Source of the DNA: Opitutia bacterium KCR 482
Lineage (GTDB): Bacteria > Verrucomicrobiota > Verrucomicrobiia > Opitutales > Intestinicryptomonadaceae
Direction of reading: 5' to 3'
Assembly (NCBI GenBank): GCA_029269845.2
Contig: CP149973.1
Coordinates: forward strand, 732,328 to 764,327
DNA: 32,000 nt
The notes under the pieces: generated by a model
What the model was told of the DNA's origin: nothing
The model's input: only the letters and a program-made list of their open reading frames with translations
Database searches by the model: none
In this document: positions 1 to 8,736 of the stretch, in pieces
Numbering within the stretch: position 1 is the stretch's first letter
How the letters are laid out: each line of letters starts with the position of its first letter
Position numbers and translations under genes: made by a program

Positions 1-722
1 CGGTGTCGGCGGACTACCCCGACCGCTTCGAATTCCGCCCCCTCGCATTCTCCGATTTGGACATGCTCGGCGGCGAAAGCTTTGCGGGAATACTCTTCGA
101 CTTCGGCGTGTCGTCGTTCCAGCTCGACACCCCCGAACGCGGATTTTCGTTCATGCGCGAGGGGCCGCTCGACATGCGCATGGACACCACAAAGGGCTTC
201 ACCGCCCGCGAATACATCGAAAGCGCGGACGAATCCGAGCTTGTCGAAATTCTGCGCGAATACGGCGAAGAGCCGCGCGCGCGCAAAATCGCCCGCGCGA
301 TAATCGCCGCGCGCGAGGCTGGCAAAATATCGACGACCGCCGAACTCGCAAAGGCAATCGCCGAAGCCGCGCCCTCGCACGAGAGAATCCACCCCGCGAC
401 GCGTGCGTTTCAGGCTCTGCGCATAAAGGTAAACGACGAGCTGGGGGAAATCGAACGCGCATTGCCCAAGGCGTTCGCCGCGCTCGAAAGCGGCGGAGTG
501 ATGGCGGCGATAAGCTTCCATTCGTTCGAAGACAGAATAGTCAAAAAATTTTTCAAAAAGGCGGCGGGGAGACCCGAAGACCGCTTCGACACCTCGTTCG
601 TACAGGACAGGGTAAAGCTTGCGGAACTGCTCACGCGCAAGCCGATTCTGCCGTCGGAAGAGGAAACAGCGAACAATCCGAGAAGCCGCAGCGCAAAGCT
701 ACGCGCAATAAGAAAGGACTAA
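1..722 (+). CDS. rsmH: 16S rRNA (cytosine1402-N4)-methyltransferase RsmH/MraW, 5' end cut by the window edge
   Basis: Frame-3 ORF is open to the window start. Motifs FDFGVSSFQLD, ISFHSFEDRIVK and C-terminal NPRSRSAKLRA match RsmH. It sits at the head of a dcw cluster. Confidence 0.9.
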   Translation, partial: VSADYPDRFEFRPLAFSDLDMLGGESFAGILFDFGVSSFQLDTPERGFSFMREGPLDMRMDTTKGFTAREYIESADESELVEILREYGEEPRARKIARAIIAAREAGKISTTAELAKAIAEAAPSHERIHPATRAFQALRIKVNDELGEIERALPKAFAALESGGVMAAISFHSFEDRIVKKFFKKAAGRPEDRFDTSFVQDRVKLAELLTRKPILPSEEETANNPRSRSAKLRAIRKD

Positions 723-724
723 CA

Positions 725-1093
725 ATGAAAAACAAAAGCATTTCAGTGATAGCAGTATTGGTCGGACTTCTCCTGTGCGTGGTTTGCACGGGCTTCTTCG
801 CGGTGTCGGCGGAACGCCAGCAGAAGCGCGAAATCTCGCGCCAGATAGCCTCGCACGAACGCGCAATAAAACAGCTCAGGCGCGACAACGAAGAGCTTTC
901 AGTAAAAATCGCCGAAAAGGAAAACCCCGCCCTGCTCACGCGCCGCGCAAGCACAAGGCTCGTGCGCCCGCAGATGACGGCGGTCGTCTGGGCGTACGAA
1001 AACTACGACGGCGGCAGAATCGACTTCGGCGGAAAATCAAAGGGACTTGTCTCGTTCAAAGCCCCCGATAAGAAAGGCGCGGTTCGTCAATGA
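725..1093 (+). CDS. ftsL: FtsL-like cell division protein (bitopic, coiled coil)
   Basis: 122 aa, starting 2 nt after the rsmH stop and overlapping ftsI by ATGA. One TM segment (ISVIAVLVGLLLCVVCTGFFAV) is followed by a charged helix (RQQKREISRQIASHERAIKQLRRDNEELSVKIAEKE). The call rests on architecture and position, not on sequence identity. Confidence 0.65.
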   Translation: MKNKSISVIAVLVGLLLCVVCTGFFAVSAERQQKREISRQIASHERAIKQLRRDNEELSVKIAEKENPALLTRRASTRLVRPQMTAVVWAYENYDGGRIDFGGKSKGLVSFKAPDKKGAVRQ

Positions 1094-3099
1094 CGCGCAG
1101 GCGGCGGAAGACTTCCATTTTCATATACACGGGGAGACTCGCGTTTGTCTCGCTGTGCATAGTGGGGGTGTTCTGCGCAATTTTCGCGCGGCTGTATTTT
1201 CTGCACGTAGTAAGGAGCGACGCAAGCATCGAGGCGACCGACAAGGCGCGAAAACTCTTCGACAAAATCCCCGCGCGGCGCGGCAACATTGTAGACTCGA
1301 AAGACAACCTGCTCGCCACAAGCCGCCCCGTAATCACGATCGGCGCAGACCCCGAGCGCGTGGAGTTCGACGAAGCGGGCAGGGAGAAGCTCCGCAAGCT
1401 CGCGGAAATCCTCAAAATGCGCCCCGCCGACGTCTTCGCAATCTGCACGCCCTATCAGGACGCCGAGAAAATCGGGCGCGTCAAAAACCGCCTCGACGAG
1501 CGGCAGACCCAGCGTCTGCGCAGCATAGGCGTAAACCTCAACATGACTTTCGAAGAGCTTTTGCGCAAGTGCCTGACGACCCCGCGCACCGAGCTTTCCG
1601 TGGAACGCCGCGTCGAACAGACCGCGCAAAAGCCAAAGGTTTTTGCGGAGCTTGCGCGCATTCTGCAAGTGCCGCAAAAGGAGCTTGAACGCAATTTTGC
1701 GTCGTTCTCGCCGCGCTGGAAAAAAATCGCCGAAAACCTCGACGACGCCACATACACGCAAATCAGGGCGCTGAAAATCAAGGGAATCCGCGGCGATAGA
1801 AAATACGTGCGCGTGTATCCGTCGGGACGCCTCACCGCGCACATCGTGGGCTTTGTCAACAAGGAGTTCAGCGCGGAACAGGGAATCGAAAAACAGTTCG
1901 ACTACTACCTCCACGGGCAGGACGGCTGGATTGAAACCGAGCGAGACGGACACCGCGAAGAGCTTGTCCACTACCGCTCGCGCGACGTCGCCCCGACCGA
2001 CGGGCTGAACGTGGAGCTTTCGATAGACTCGATAATTCAGGAAATGGCGAACCGCGAGGTGCGCAACATAGTTTCGCAGTTCAACCCCAAAAGCGCGACG
2101 ATTATCGTAAGCGAACCGTCCACGGGCTATATTCTCGCGATGGCAAGCTATCCCGACTTCGACCCCAACGAATACAACAAGGCCGAGCAGGACTCGCTCC
2201 GCAACCGCGCAATCTGCGACCAGTACGAGCCTGGGTCCACATTCAAAATCGTCTCGATTTCCGCCGCCCTCAACGAATCGCTCGTGGGACCCGACGACGT
2301 TTTCGACTGCAACGCGCCGACAATCACATACCGCGGCAGGGTTCTGCGCCTGCCCAAGGAGGCGCACAAAATGGGCAACCTCACCGTGCGCGAGATAACC
2401 AAAAAAAGCTCGAACAAAGGCTCGGCGCACCTCGGCATTCTGCTCGGCGAAAGGAAGCTCTACCACTACGCGAGGCTCTACGGATTCGGCGAAAAGACCG
2501 ACATCGGGCTTGTCGGCGAAATCGGCGGCACGCTCCACAAAGTCAAGGACTGGGACGGGCTGACGATTACCCGCCTGCCCATGGGGCATGCGGTGGCGGT
2601 AACGCCCCTGCAAATCCACTGCGCGATGAGCGTGATAGCAAATCAGGGAATTTACATGCAGCCGCAGCTTGTCAAGCGCGTGTTCGACAAACGCGGCGGA
2701 ACGGTCGTCGCCTACCCCCCCAAAGCCCTGCGCAGGGTTATAAAGCCGCGCATCGCAACCCTCATGAGCGACATGCTCTCGGAGGTCGTAAGCGACACGG
2801 GCACGGCCCGACGCGCCGCGCTCCGCGGCTTCAAGGTGGCGGGCAAAACGGGAACTTCGCAAAAAATAATAAACGGAACTTACAGCACGCGCGACCACGT
2901 TGCGTCTTTCACGGGCTTCTTCCCCGCGCAGCGTCCGCGCCTCGTGATTACCGTTGTTGTGGATTCTCCGAAGTTGAAGGGCGTGGGATACGGCGGCATA
3001 GTCGCCGCGCCGTCGTTCAAGAACGTCGCCGAACAGGCGGCAAACTACCTCGGAATCCAAACCGACGAAGACTACGAAAAAATGGTTGCTTGGAGATAG
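1090..3099 (+). CDS. ftsI: Division-specific class B penicillin-binding protein (peptidoglycan D,D-transpeptidase FtsI/PBP3)
   Basis: 669 aa with an N-terminal TM anchor. Transpeptidase motifs STFK (SxxK), SSN (SxN) and KTGT (KTG) are present. Canonical position after ftsL. Confidence 0.9.
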   Translation: MTRRRRKTSIFIYTGRLAFVSLCIVGVFCAIFARLYFLHVVRSDASIEATDKARKLFDKIPARRGNIVDSKDNLLATSRPVITIGADPERVEFDEAGREKLRKLAEILKMRPADVFAICTPYQDAEKIGRVKNRLDERQTQRLRSIGVNLNMTFEELLRKCLTTPRTELSVERRVEQTAQKPKVFAELARILQVPQKELERNFASFSPRWKKIAENLDDATYTQIRALKIKGIRGDRKYVRVYPSGRLTAHIVGFVNKEFSAEQGIEKQFDYYLHGQDGWIETERDGHREELVHYRSRDVAPTDGLNVELSIDSIIQEMANREVRNIVSQFNPKSATIIVSEPSTGYILAMASYPDFDPNEYNKAEQDSLRNRAICDQYEPGSTFKIVSISAALNESLVGPDDVFDCNAPTITYRGRVLRLPKEAHKMGNLTVREITKKSSNKGSAHLGILLGERKLYHYARLYGFGEKTDIGLVGEIGGTLHKVKDWDGLTITRLPMGHAVAVTPLQIHCAMSVIANQGIYMQPQLVKRVFDKRGGTVVAYPPKALRRVIKPRIATLMSDMLSEVVSDTGTARRAALRGFKVAGKTGTSQKIINGTYSTRDHVASFTGFFPAQRPRLVITVVVDSPKLKGVGYGGIVAAPSFKNVAEQAANYLGIQTDEDYEKMVAWR

Positions 3100-3106
3100 A
3101 TTTAAT

Positions 3107-4684
3107 ATGATAGGGTTTTCAAATTTAAACAGTCTGATTTCATTGTGCGGCGCAAGAAGCCGCTTCGGCTCGCTCTCTTTCGCGCAGCAGGAGGGCGGTC
3201 TTCCCGCGTACACGGCGGGCGACCTCGCAAAGGCGGTCGGCGCGCTTAAAATCACGGGCGACAAAACCGCCGAAATCAAAATGCTCATTGCCGACAGCAG
3301 GCGCGTTGTGCCCAACACGGCGTTCTTCGCTGTAAAGGGTCTGCACACCGACGGCAACATCTATGTCGAAGAGGCGGCGCACAGGGGCGCGGTCGCGGTG
3401 GTCTCGGAAGAGCCGGCGCCGAAAGTATTTCCCGCGGCGTGGATTCAGGTTGCCGACATAGCGGAGGCTACCGCGGCGGCGGCCAAAAGCTTTTACGGAA
3501 ACGCCGACGGACTCCTCGAAACTTTCGCGATTACGGGCACGAACGGCAAGACGAGCGTCAGCTGGATGCTTCAAAAAATGCTCGACGGCGCGGGTTCGAA
3601 ATGCGGGCTTGTGGGAACTATCCACTACGACCTCGGCGGCAGGTGCCTGCCCGCCGCGCGGACGACTCCCGAAGCGTTGGAGCTTCACGCAATGCTAAGC
3701 CAAATGCGCTACGCAGGGTGCTCGGCGGTGGCGATGGAATTCAGCTCGCACGCGATAGAGCAGAAGCGCGTAAAGGGAATCGCCGTAGACTGCGCGTGCT
3801 TCCTCAACCTCACGCAGGACCACTTGGACTACCACAAGACGATGGAGTCGTACTTCGAGGTGAAGGCGTCGCTGTTCACGGGCGCGCTCGGCAAAAAGCC
3901 GAAGGCTGCGGTAGTCAATTTCGACGACCCGCGCGGCAGGGAAATCGCCGCAAGGCTCTCGCCCGAAACGAAGCTCGTGTCGTTTGCGGTTGACGCCGAA
4001 GACGCGGTTGTCCGCGCGAAAGACGTAAACATGCTTCCGCAGAAGTCGGAGTTCACGCTCGTGTGGCCCGACGGCGAAGTCCGCACGACGGTCAACATGC
4101 CGGGGCACTACAACGTCTCGAACGCGCTCGCGGCTCTTGCGGCGATTTACGCTTCGGGGCGCGACGTCGCGGCGGCTGCGAAAACCCTCCAAAACTTTTC
4201 GGGCGTCCCCGGCCGAATGGAGAAAGTCAAAAGCCCCGCTAAGTTCGATATTTTCGTGGACTACGCCCACACCGACGACGCCCTCAAAAACGGGCTTTCG
4301 ATGCTGAGAAAAGTCGCAAAGGGAAAGCTGCTTGTTGTCTTCGGCTGCGGCGGCAGGCGCGACAAAACAAAACGCCCCAAGATGACGCGCGTCGTCCAGC
4401 AGTACGCCGACTTCGCGTGGGCGACTTCCGACAACCCCCGCGGAGAGGACGTCAAGGCGATTTTCGAGGACATGAAAACGGGCGTCTCCGACGCTTCGAA
4501 AATCGAATTCGTGGAGGACAGGCGAAGGGCGATAAACCTCGCAATCGACGCCGCCTCCGACGGCGACTGCATTCTCATTGCGGGCAAGGGGCACGAAACT
4601 TTCCAGGAACTCGGCGACACAATCATTCCCTTCGACGACAAGCGCGTCGCGGAGGAGCTTTTGAAGCTCAAAGGACTTTCATAA
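3107..4684 (+). CDS. murE: UDP-MurNAc-L-Ala-D-Glu:meso-diaminopimelate ligase MurE
   Basis: Mur-ligase P-loop ITGTNGKTS. The DNPR motif (TSDNPRGE) is typical of DAP-adding MurE. ATG 3107 is preferred over the track start TTG 3086, which overlaps the ftsI stop at 3099. Confidence 0.9.
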   Translation: MIGFSNLNSLISLCGARSRFGSLSFAQQEGGLPAYTAGDLAKAVGALKITGDKTAEIKMLIADSRRVVPNTAFFAVKGLHTDGNIYVEEAAHRGAVAVVSEEPAPKVFPAAWIQVADIAEATAAAAKSFYGNADGLLETFAITGTNGKTSVSWMLQKMLDGAGSKCGLVGTIHYDLGGRCLPAARTTPEALELHAMLSQMRYAGCSAVAMEFSSHAIEQKRVKGIAVDCACFLNLTQDHLDYHKTMESYFEVKASLFTGALGKKPKAAVVNFDDPRGREIAARLSPETKLVSFAVDAEDAVVRAKDVNMLPQKSEFTLVWPDGEVRTTVNMPGHYNVSNALAALAAIYASGRDVAAAAKTLQNFSGVPGRMEKVKSPAKFDIFVDYAHTDDALKNGLSMLRKVAKGKLLVVFGCGGRRDKTKRPKMTRVVQQYADFAWATSDNPRGEDVKAIFEDMKTGVSDASKIEFVEDRRRAINLAIDAASDGDCILIAGKGHETFQELGDTIIPFDDKRVAEELLKLKGLS

Positions 4685-4711
4685 ACACAAACACCAAACA
4701 TTACAAACGAC

Positions 4712-6316
4712 ATGCCTTTCTTTAAAGCAGACGATTTACAAGCGTGGACGGGCGGCAAATGGTCGAAGCTCGACCCTTCCCGCAAACCCGAAATACGCGG
4801 ATTTTCAAACGACAGCAGAAACATCGGCAAAGACTTCGCTTTCGTGGCAATCAAGGCGGAGCGCGACGGGCACGACTTCGCCGCCGCCGCCGCCGCCAAC
4901 GGCGCAACAGCAATCATCGCCGAGCGCGAGCTTGACGTCGAAATTCCGACGCTCGTCGTAAAGGACTCCCTCAAAGCCTTTCAGCGCATAGCAAAAATGC
5001 ACAGACTGCGCTTCGAACACCCCGTCGTTGGAATAACGGGCTCGTGCGGCAAGACCTCCACAAAGGAAATGCTCGCAAAGCTCACGGCGTGGAAAAACCC
5101 GCTCATAACCGAAAAGAATTTCAACAACGAAATCGGCGTGCCGCTTACGCTCACCCGCATAGACCTGCGCCAAAATCAGCTTGCAATCGTCGAGGCGGGC
5201 GTGGGCGCGCCCGACCAAATGCGCGAGCTTGCCACCATGATTGAACCCGACATCGCAATAATCACAAACGTCGGGCTTTCGCACCTCGAAAGGTTCGAGC
5301 AGGTCGGGAACGTCGCCAAGGAAAAGGCGGTTCTGCCCGCGCACGCCGCAGACGGCGGCTGGTGTCTGATGCACCACAACCTGCTCGGCTGGAAGGCGTT
5401 TGACGAGCTTAAATGCAAAAAGGCGATAGTCGCCCCCGCCGATGCCCCCGAATTCAAGGCGGACCTCGTTTTCAGATACGCCGTTTCCGACATCGAAAAC
5501 GACTTCGCGGCAATCGACATGTGCATTGAAGGCGGCGACGAATACTATTTCGAAGTTCCGCAAATGACAAAGGGCATGCTCGAAAACGCCCTCCTTGCCA
5601 TAGCCGCAACTCTCATGCTCGGCGGGCGCGAAGAGCAGATGGCGCAGACGCTCGAAGGCTTTGCGCCGCTTCCCATGCGCGGCGGAATAGTCGAAACCGA
5701 CGCCGCAAAATACTACCTCGACTGCTACAACGCCTCGCCCACGTCGATGAAAGACGCCCTTGCGCGCTTCGCAAAAATTTCGGAGTCCGCCGAAAAACGC
5801 GCGTACGTTTTGGGAACGATGGCGGAGCTTGGGCTTGCCTCGCACCCGCACCACAAGGACATCGGCGCGCACATTCAGCCCTACTCGAACGACGTCGCAG
5901 TGCTCGTCGGCGCGTTCGCGGACGTCTACAAAACGGGGCTTCTCGAAAACGGCTGGGACGAAAAGAACATATTTGTGTTCGACACCGCCGAAGCCGCAAA
6001 GGCGAAAGTCGCCGAGCTAGGCGGATTCGTGTTCGTAAAGGGAAGCCGCGTGTGCGCCCTCGAAAAGGCTCTGCCCGACGCCGTGCTCGAAAAGCTTTCC
6101 GCAGCCCCCGCCAAGCGCGGCGAACCCGAAGAAGAACCCGAAGAAGAAACGCCCGCCGCCCCCGCAAACGAAGTCGTGGAATCGGACGGCGGCGAAGACA
6201 TTGAAGACGAAGACTCGGACGAATTTGAAGATGCCGACGACGGCGTAGACGACGGCGGCGAAGACTCAGAAGATTTCGAAGAAGAAGACGACGAGGACGA
6301 AAGGGAGAGAATATAA
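4712..6316 (+). CDS. murF: UDP-MurNAc-tripeptide:D-Ala-D-Ala ligase MurF with an acidic C-terminal extension
   Basis: P-loop ITGSCGKTSTKEM and Mur-ligase domain order. Position between murE and mraY. The last ~73 aa are a D/E-rich tail. Confidence 0.9.
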   Translation: MPFFKADDLQAWTGGKWSKLDPSRKPEIRGFSNDSRNIGKDFAFVAIKAERDGHDFAAAAAANGATAIIAERELDVEIPTLVVKDSLKAFQRIAKMHRLRFEHPVVGITGSCGKTSTKEMLAKLTAWKNPLITEKNFNNEIGVPLTLTRIDLRQNQLAIVEAGVGAPDQMRELATMIEPDIAIITNVGLSHLERFEQVGNVAKEKAVLPAHAADGGWCLMHHNLLGWKAFDELKCKKAIVAPADAPEFKADLVFRYAVSDIENDFAAIDMCIEGGDEYYFEVPQMTKGMLENALLAIAATLMLGGREEQMAQTLEGFAPLPMRGGIVETDAAKYYLDCYNASPTSMKDALARFAKISESAEKRAYVLGTMAELGLASHPHHKDIGAHIQPYSNDVAVLVGAFADVYKTGLLENGWDEKNIFVFDTAEAAKAKVAELGGFVFVKGSRVCALEKALPDAVLEKLSAAPAKRGEPEEEPEEETPAAPANEVVESDGGEDIEDEDSDEFEDADDGVDDGGEDSEDFEEEDDEDERERI

Positions 6317-7416
6317 TGTTTTTCGAAATCGCAAATCTCGAAGACTTTTTCGGCCCGCTGCGCCTTTTCAGATACCTGACATTCAGGTGCGGCTGCGCGT
6401 TGGCGTTTTCGTTTTTTCTGGGAATCGTAATCGCGCCGCGAATCATTGCGACCCTCCGCAGAATAAAATTCGGGCAGAGTTTCAGAACCGCCGAGGAAGT
6501 CGGCAAGCTCGCAGAGCTTCACAGCGGCAAAAAGGGAACGCCCGCAATGGGCGGGCTTATCATCTACGCAAGCCTGACTTCGGCGACTCTGCTTTTTGCA
6601 AAGTTCAACCTGCTTGTCTTCAATGCGCTCTTTGTGTACACCGCGCTTACGGCTCTCGGCTTCGCGGACGACTACCTGAAAATCGTCAAAAAAAACAGCA
6701 GGGGAGTGTCGGGAAAAATCAAGCTTTCGGTGCAGGTCGCGGTGTCGCTCGCCGCGCTCTCGATTCTCTATTTCTCGAAAGACTACGGCTCAATCATGCG
6801 CGAGCTTTGGATTCCGTTCCTCAAATATCCGCTGATTGCCTCAATGCCGTTCTGGTTCGCGTTCGTGTTCATGTTCCTCGTCATCGGAGGGTCGAGCAAC
6901 GCGCTCAACCTCACGGACGGAGTCGACGGGCTTGCGATAGGCTGCACGGTTTCGGTGGCTGTGGCGTACGCGGTGTTCTCGTACGTAGCGGGGAACACGA
7001 TTGCATCGGAATACCTCTTTTTAAGATACATTCCCGACTGCGGCGAACTTACCGTAGTCTGCTGCGCGCTTCTGGGCGCGTCGCTCGCGTTCCTCTGGTA
7101 CAACGCGCACCCCGCCGAAGTCTTCATGGGCGACACGGGCTCGCTCGCGCTCGGAGGGCTTGTGGGGATAGTCGCGTTCATGTCGCAACAGCCCGCGACG
7201 CTCGTTCTGGTAGGCGGCATTTTCGTGATGGAGGCGGTATCGGTCATTTTGCAGGTGGCGTCGTACAAAACCACGAAGAAAAGAATTTTCAGAATGGCTC
7301 CCATTCACCACCACTTCGAGCTGAAAGGCTGGGCGGAGACAAAGGTGGTAATCAGGTTCTGGATAATTTCGCTGATTTTCGCGCTCGCGGGATTGGCGAC
7401 TTTGAAGATAAGATAA
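6316..7416 (+). CDS. mraY: Phospho-N-acetylmuramoyl-pentapeptide transferase MraY
   Basis: 366-aa polytopic membrane protein with motifs NLTDGVDGLA and PIHHHFELKGW. Its ATG shares its A with the murF TAA (TAATG junction). Confidence 0.95.
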   Translation: MFFEIANLEDFFGPLRLFRYLTFRCGCALAFSFFLGIVIAPRIIATLRRIKFGQSFRTAEEVGKLAELHSGKKGTPAMGGLIIYASLTSATLLFAKFNLLVFNALFVYTALTALGFADDYLKIVKKNSRGVSGKIKLSVQVAVSLAALSILYFSKDYGSIMRELWIPFLKYPLIASMPFWFAFVFMFLVIGGSSNALNLTDGVDGLAIGCTVSVAVAYAVFSYVAGNTIASEYLFLRYIPDCGELTVVCCALLGASLAFLWYNAHPAEVFMGDTGSLALGGLVGIVAFMSQQPATLVLVGGIFVMEAVSVILQVASYKTTKKRIFRMAPIHHHFELKGWAETKVVIRFWIISLIFALAGLATLKIR

Positions 7417-8705
7417 TGTCGGACAAAATCGCACAACTTGCCGGTGGCAAACCCGTCGCGATTTTCGGGACGGGCGCAAGCGGAACCGCCGCGAAAAAAC
7501 TGCTCGACTCGCTCGGAATCGCGTCGGTTTTCTACGCGGAGACTTCGGCGAAAAAGCCCGCATCGGGCGACGCCTCCGCCGTGCGCGAATTTTCCGCCGA
7601 CGCCGCAAAACGCCACGCCCTCGCCGTGTACTCGCCCGCATTCCGCCCCGACCACAAATGGATTGAAACCGCCCGCAACGCGGGGGCAACGGCAATCTGC
7701 GAGCCCGACCTCTCCGCCCTTGCGTGGAGCGGCTCGACAATCGCAATCACGGGCACGAACGGCAAGACAACGCTGACTTCGTTCATCACGCACGCGCTAA
7801 ACATCGCGGGCTGCGATGCGTTTTCGGCGGGCAACATAGGCGCGCCCCTTAGCGCGTTCTGCCCCGAATACGGGCGCGACCCCCAAAAAACCGCAGTCTG
7901 CGAGCTTAGCAGTTTCCAGACCTCCAACCTGCAATTCCTGCGCCCCGACTTCCTGCTGTGGACGAATTTTGCGCCCGACCACCTCGACTGGCACAAAGAC
8001 ATGGAGGAATATTTCCGCGCAAAATTCAATTTGGTAAGCGCAACAAAGGGCGGAATAGTCGTCGGAAGCAGCGTGGCCGACGCCGCGCGCGAATACGGCG
8101 CAAAACTTCCCGACGCGGCGGTCGTAATCGACGAATCCGCAACGCGCTCCGCCCCGCCGCCGTTCGACAGCTCCATACAGGCGCGGAATTTCGCGATGGC
8201 GGTCGAATTCGGAAAGCTTTTCGGACTGGACAAAAACGCGTTCGAAAAGGCGGCAAAAACTTTCAATCTGCCCGCGTTCAGATTTTCGAAGCCGATTGAA
8301 GTCGGCGGAGTGCGCTTCTACAACGACTCGAAAGCCACAAACATACACGCCGCCCTCGCCGCCCTCGAAGAGCTTAAAGGCGAAAAGAACCTCGTTTGGC
8401 TCGGCGGCGGCAAGGACAAGCTTTGCGACCTCAAACCGTTGACCGACGCCGTGAACAAACGCGCAAAGGCGGCGGTGCTCATCGGGCAGACCGCGCGGAA
8501 GCTCGCCGACGGGCTTGAAATCCCCGCGTTCGTGTGCGAATCGATGGCAGAGGCGGTAAAAAGATCGTACGAACTCGCGGACGGAAACGCCGCGGTGCTG
8601 TTCAGCCCCGCGTTTTCGAGCTTCGGAATGTTTTCGGGCTACGTCGAGAGGGGAAAATCTTTCGAAAACGAAGTTTTGTGTTTGAAGAATTTAAATAAAA
8701 TGTAA
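7416..8705 (+). CDS. murD: UDP-MurNAc-L-Ala:D-Glu ligase MurD
   Basis: ATG 7416 forms a TAATG junction with the mraY stop. The 772-aa track ORF (6387..8705) is the same frame extended upstream: its 5' part overlaps mraY (a different frame) and is Arg-rich junk. Motifs GTGASG, P-loop ITGTNGKTT and NDSKATN are present. Confidence 0.9.
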   Translation: MSDKIAQLAGGKPVAIFGTGASGTAAKKLLDSLGIASVFYAETSAKKPASGDASAVREFSADAAKRHALAVYSPAFRPDHKWIETARNAGATAICEPDLSALAWSGSTIAITGTNGKTTLTSFITHALNIAGCDAFSAGNIGAPLSAFCPEYGRDPQKTAVCELSSFQTSNLQFLRPDFLLWTNFAPDHLDWHKDMEEYFRAKFNLVSATKGGIVVGSSVADAAREYGAKLPDAAVVIDESATRSAPPPFDSSIQARNFAMAVEFGKLFGLDKNAFEKAAKTFNLPAFRFSKPIEVGGVRFYNDSKATNIHAALAALEELKGEKNLVWLGGGKDKLCDLKPLTDAVNKRAKAAVLIGQTARKLADGLEIPAFVCESMAEAVKRSYELADGNAAVLFSPAFSSFGMFSGYVERGKSFENEVLCLKNLNKM

Positions 8706-8736
8706 AGATAAAGGGTAAACAAAGGGGTATCAGAAT

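Noticed and set aside
3086-3106. Track start codons TTG 3086 for murE and GTG 25572 for lepB
   Set aside because: Downstream in-frame ATGs (3107 and 25590) avoid overlap with the upstream gene or have a better AAGGA context. The difference is only 6-7 codons, so confidence in this choice is moderate.
1087-3360. 757-aa ORF antisense to ftsI and murE
   Set aside because: Its composition is Arg/Ala/Val/Gly-rich with no motifs, and it lies exactly opposite well-supported genes. It is a typical shadow ORF, produced because G/C-rich third codon positions suppress stop codons on the opposite strand.
6120-6316. Purine-rich GAA/GAC tract, considered as a simple-sequence repeat or non-coding element
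   Set aside because: It is in frame with murF, has no stop codons, and ends precisely at the mraY start. It is reported instead as a coding acidic tail.
6387-8705. 772-aa ORF suggesting a giant MurD or a MraY-MurD fusion. Similar long N-terminal extensions appear on murG (10770), murC (11807), ftsQ (13881), ftsA (14960), ftsZ (16284) and nagB (to 19223).
   Set aside because: The extensions run through the preceding gene in a different frame and are Arg-rich junk. In every case the recognisable protein begins at an ATG sitting in an ATGA/TAATG junction with the upstream stop.
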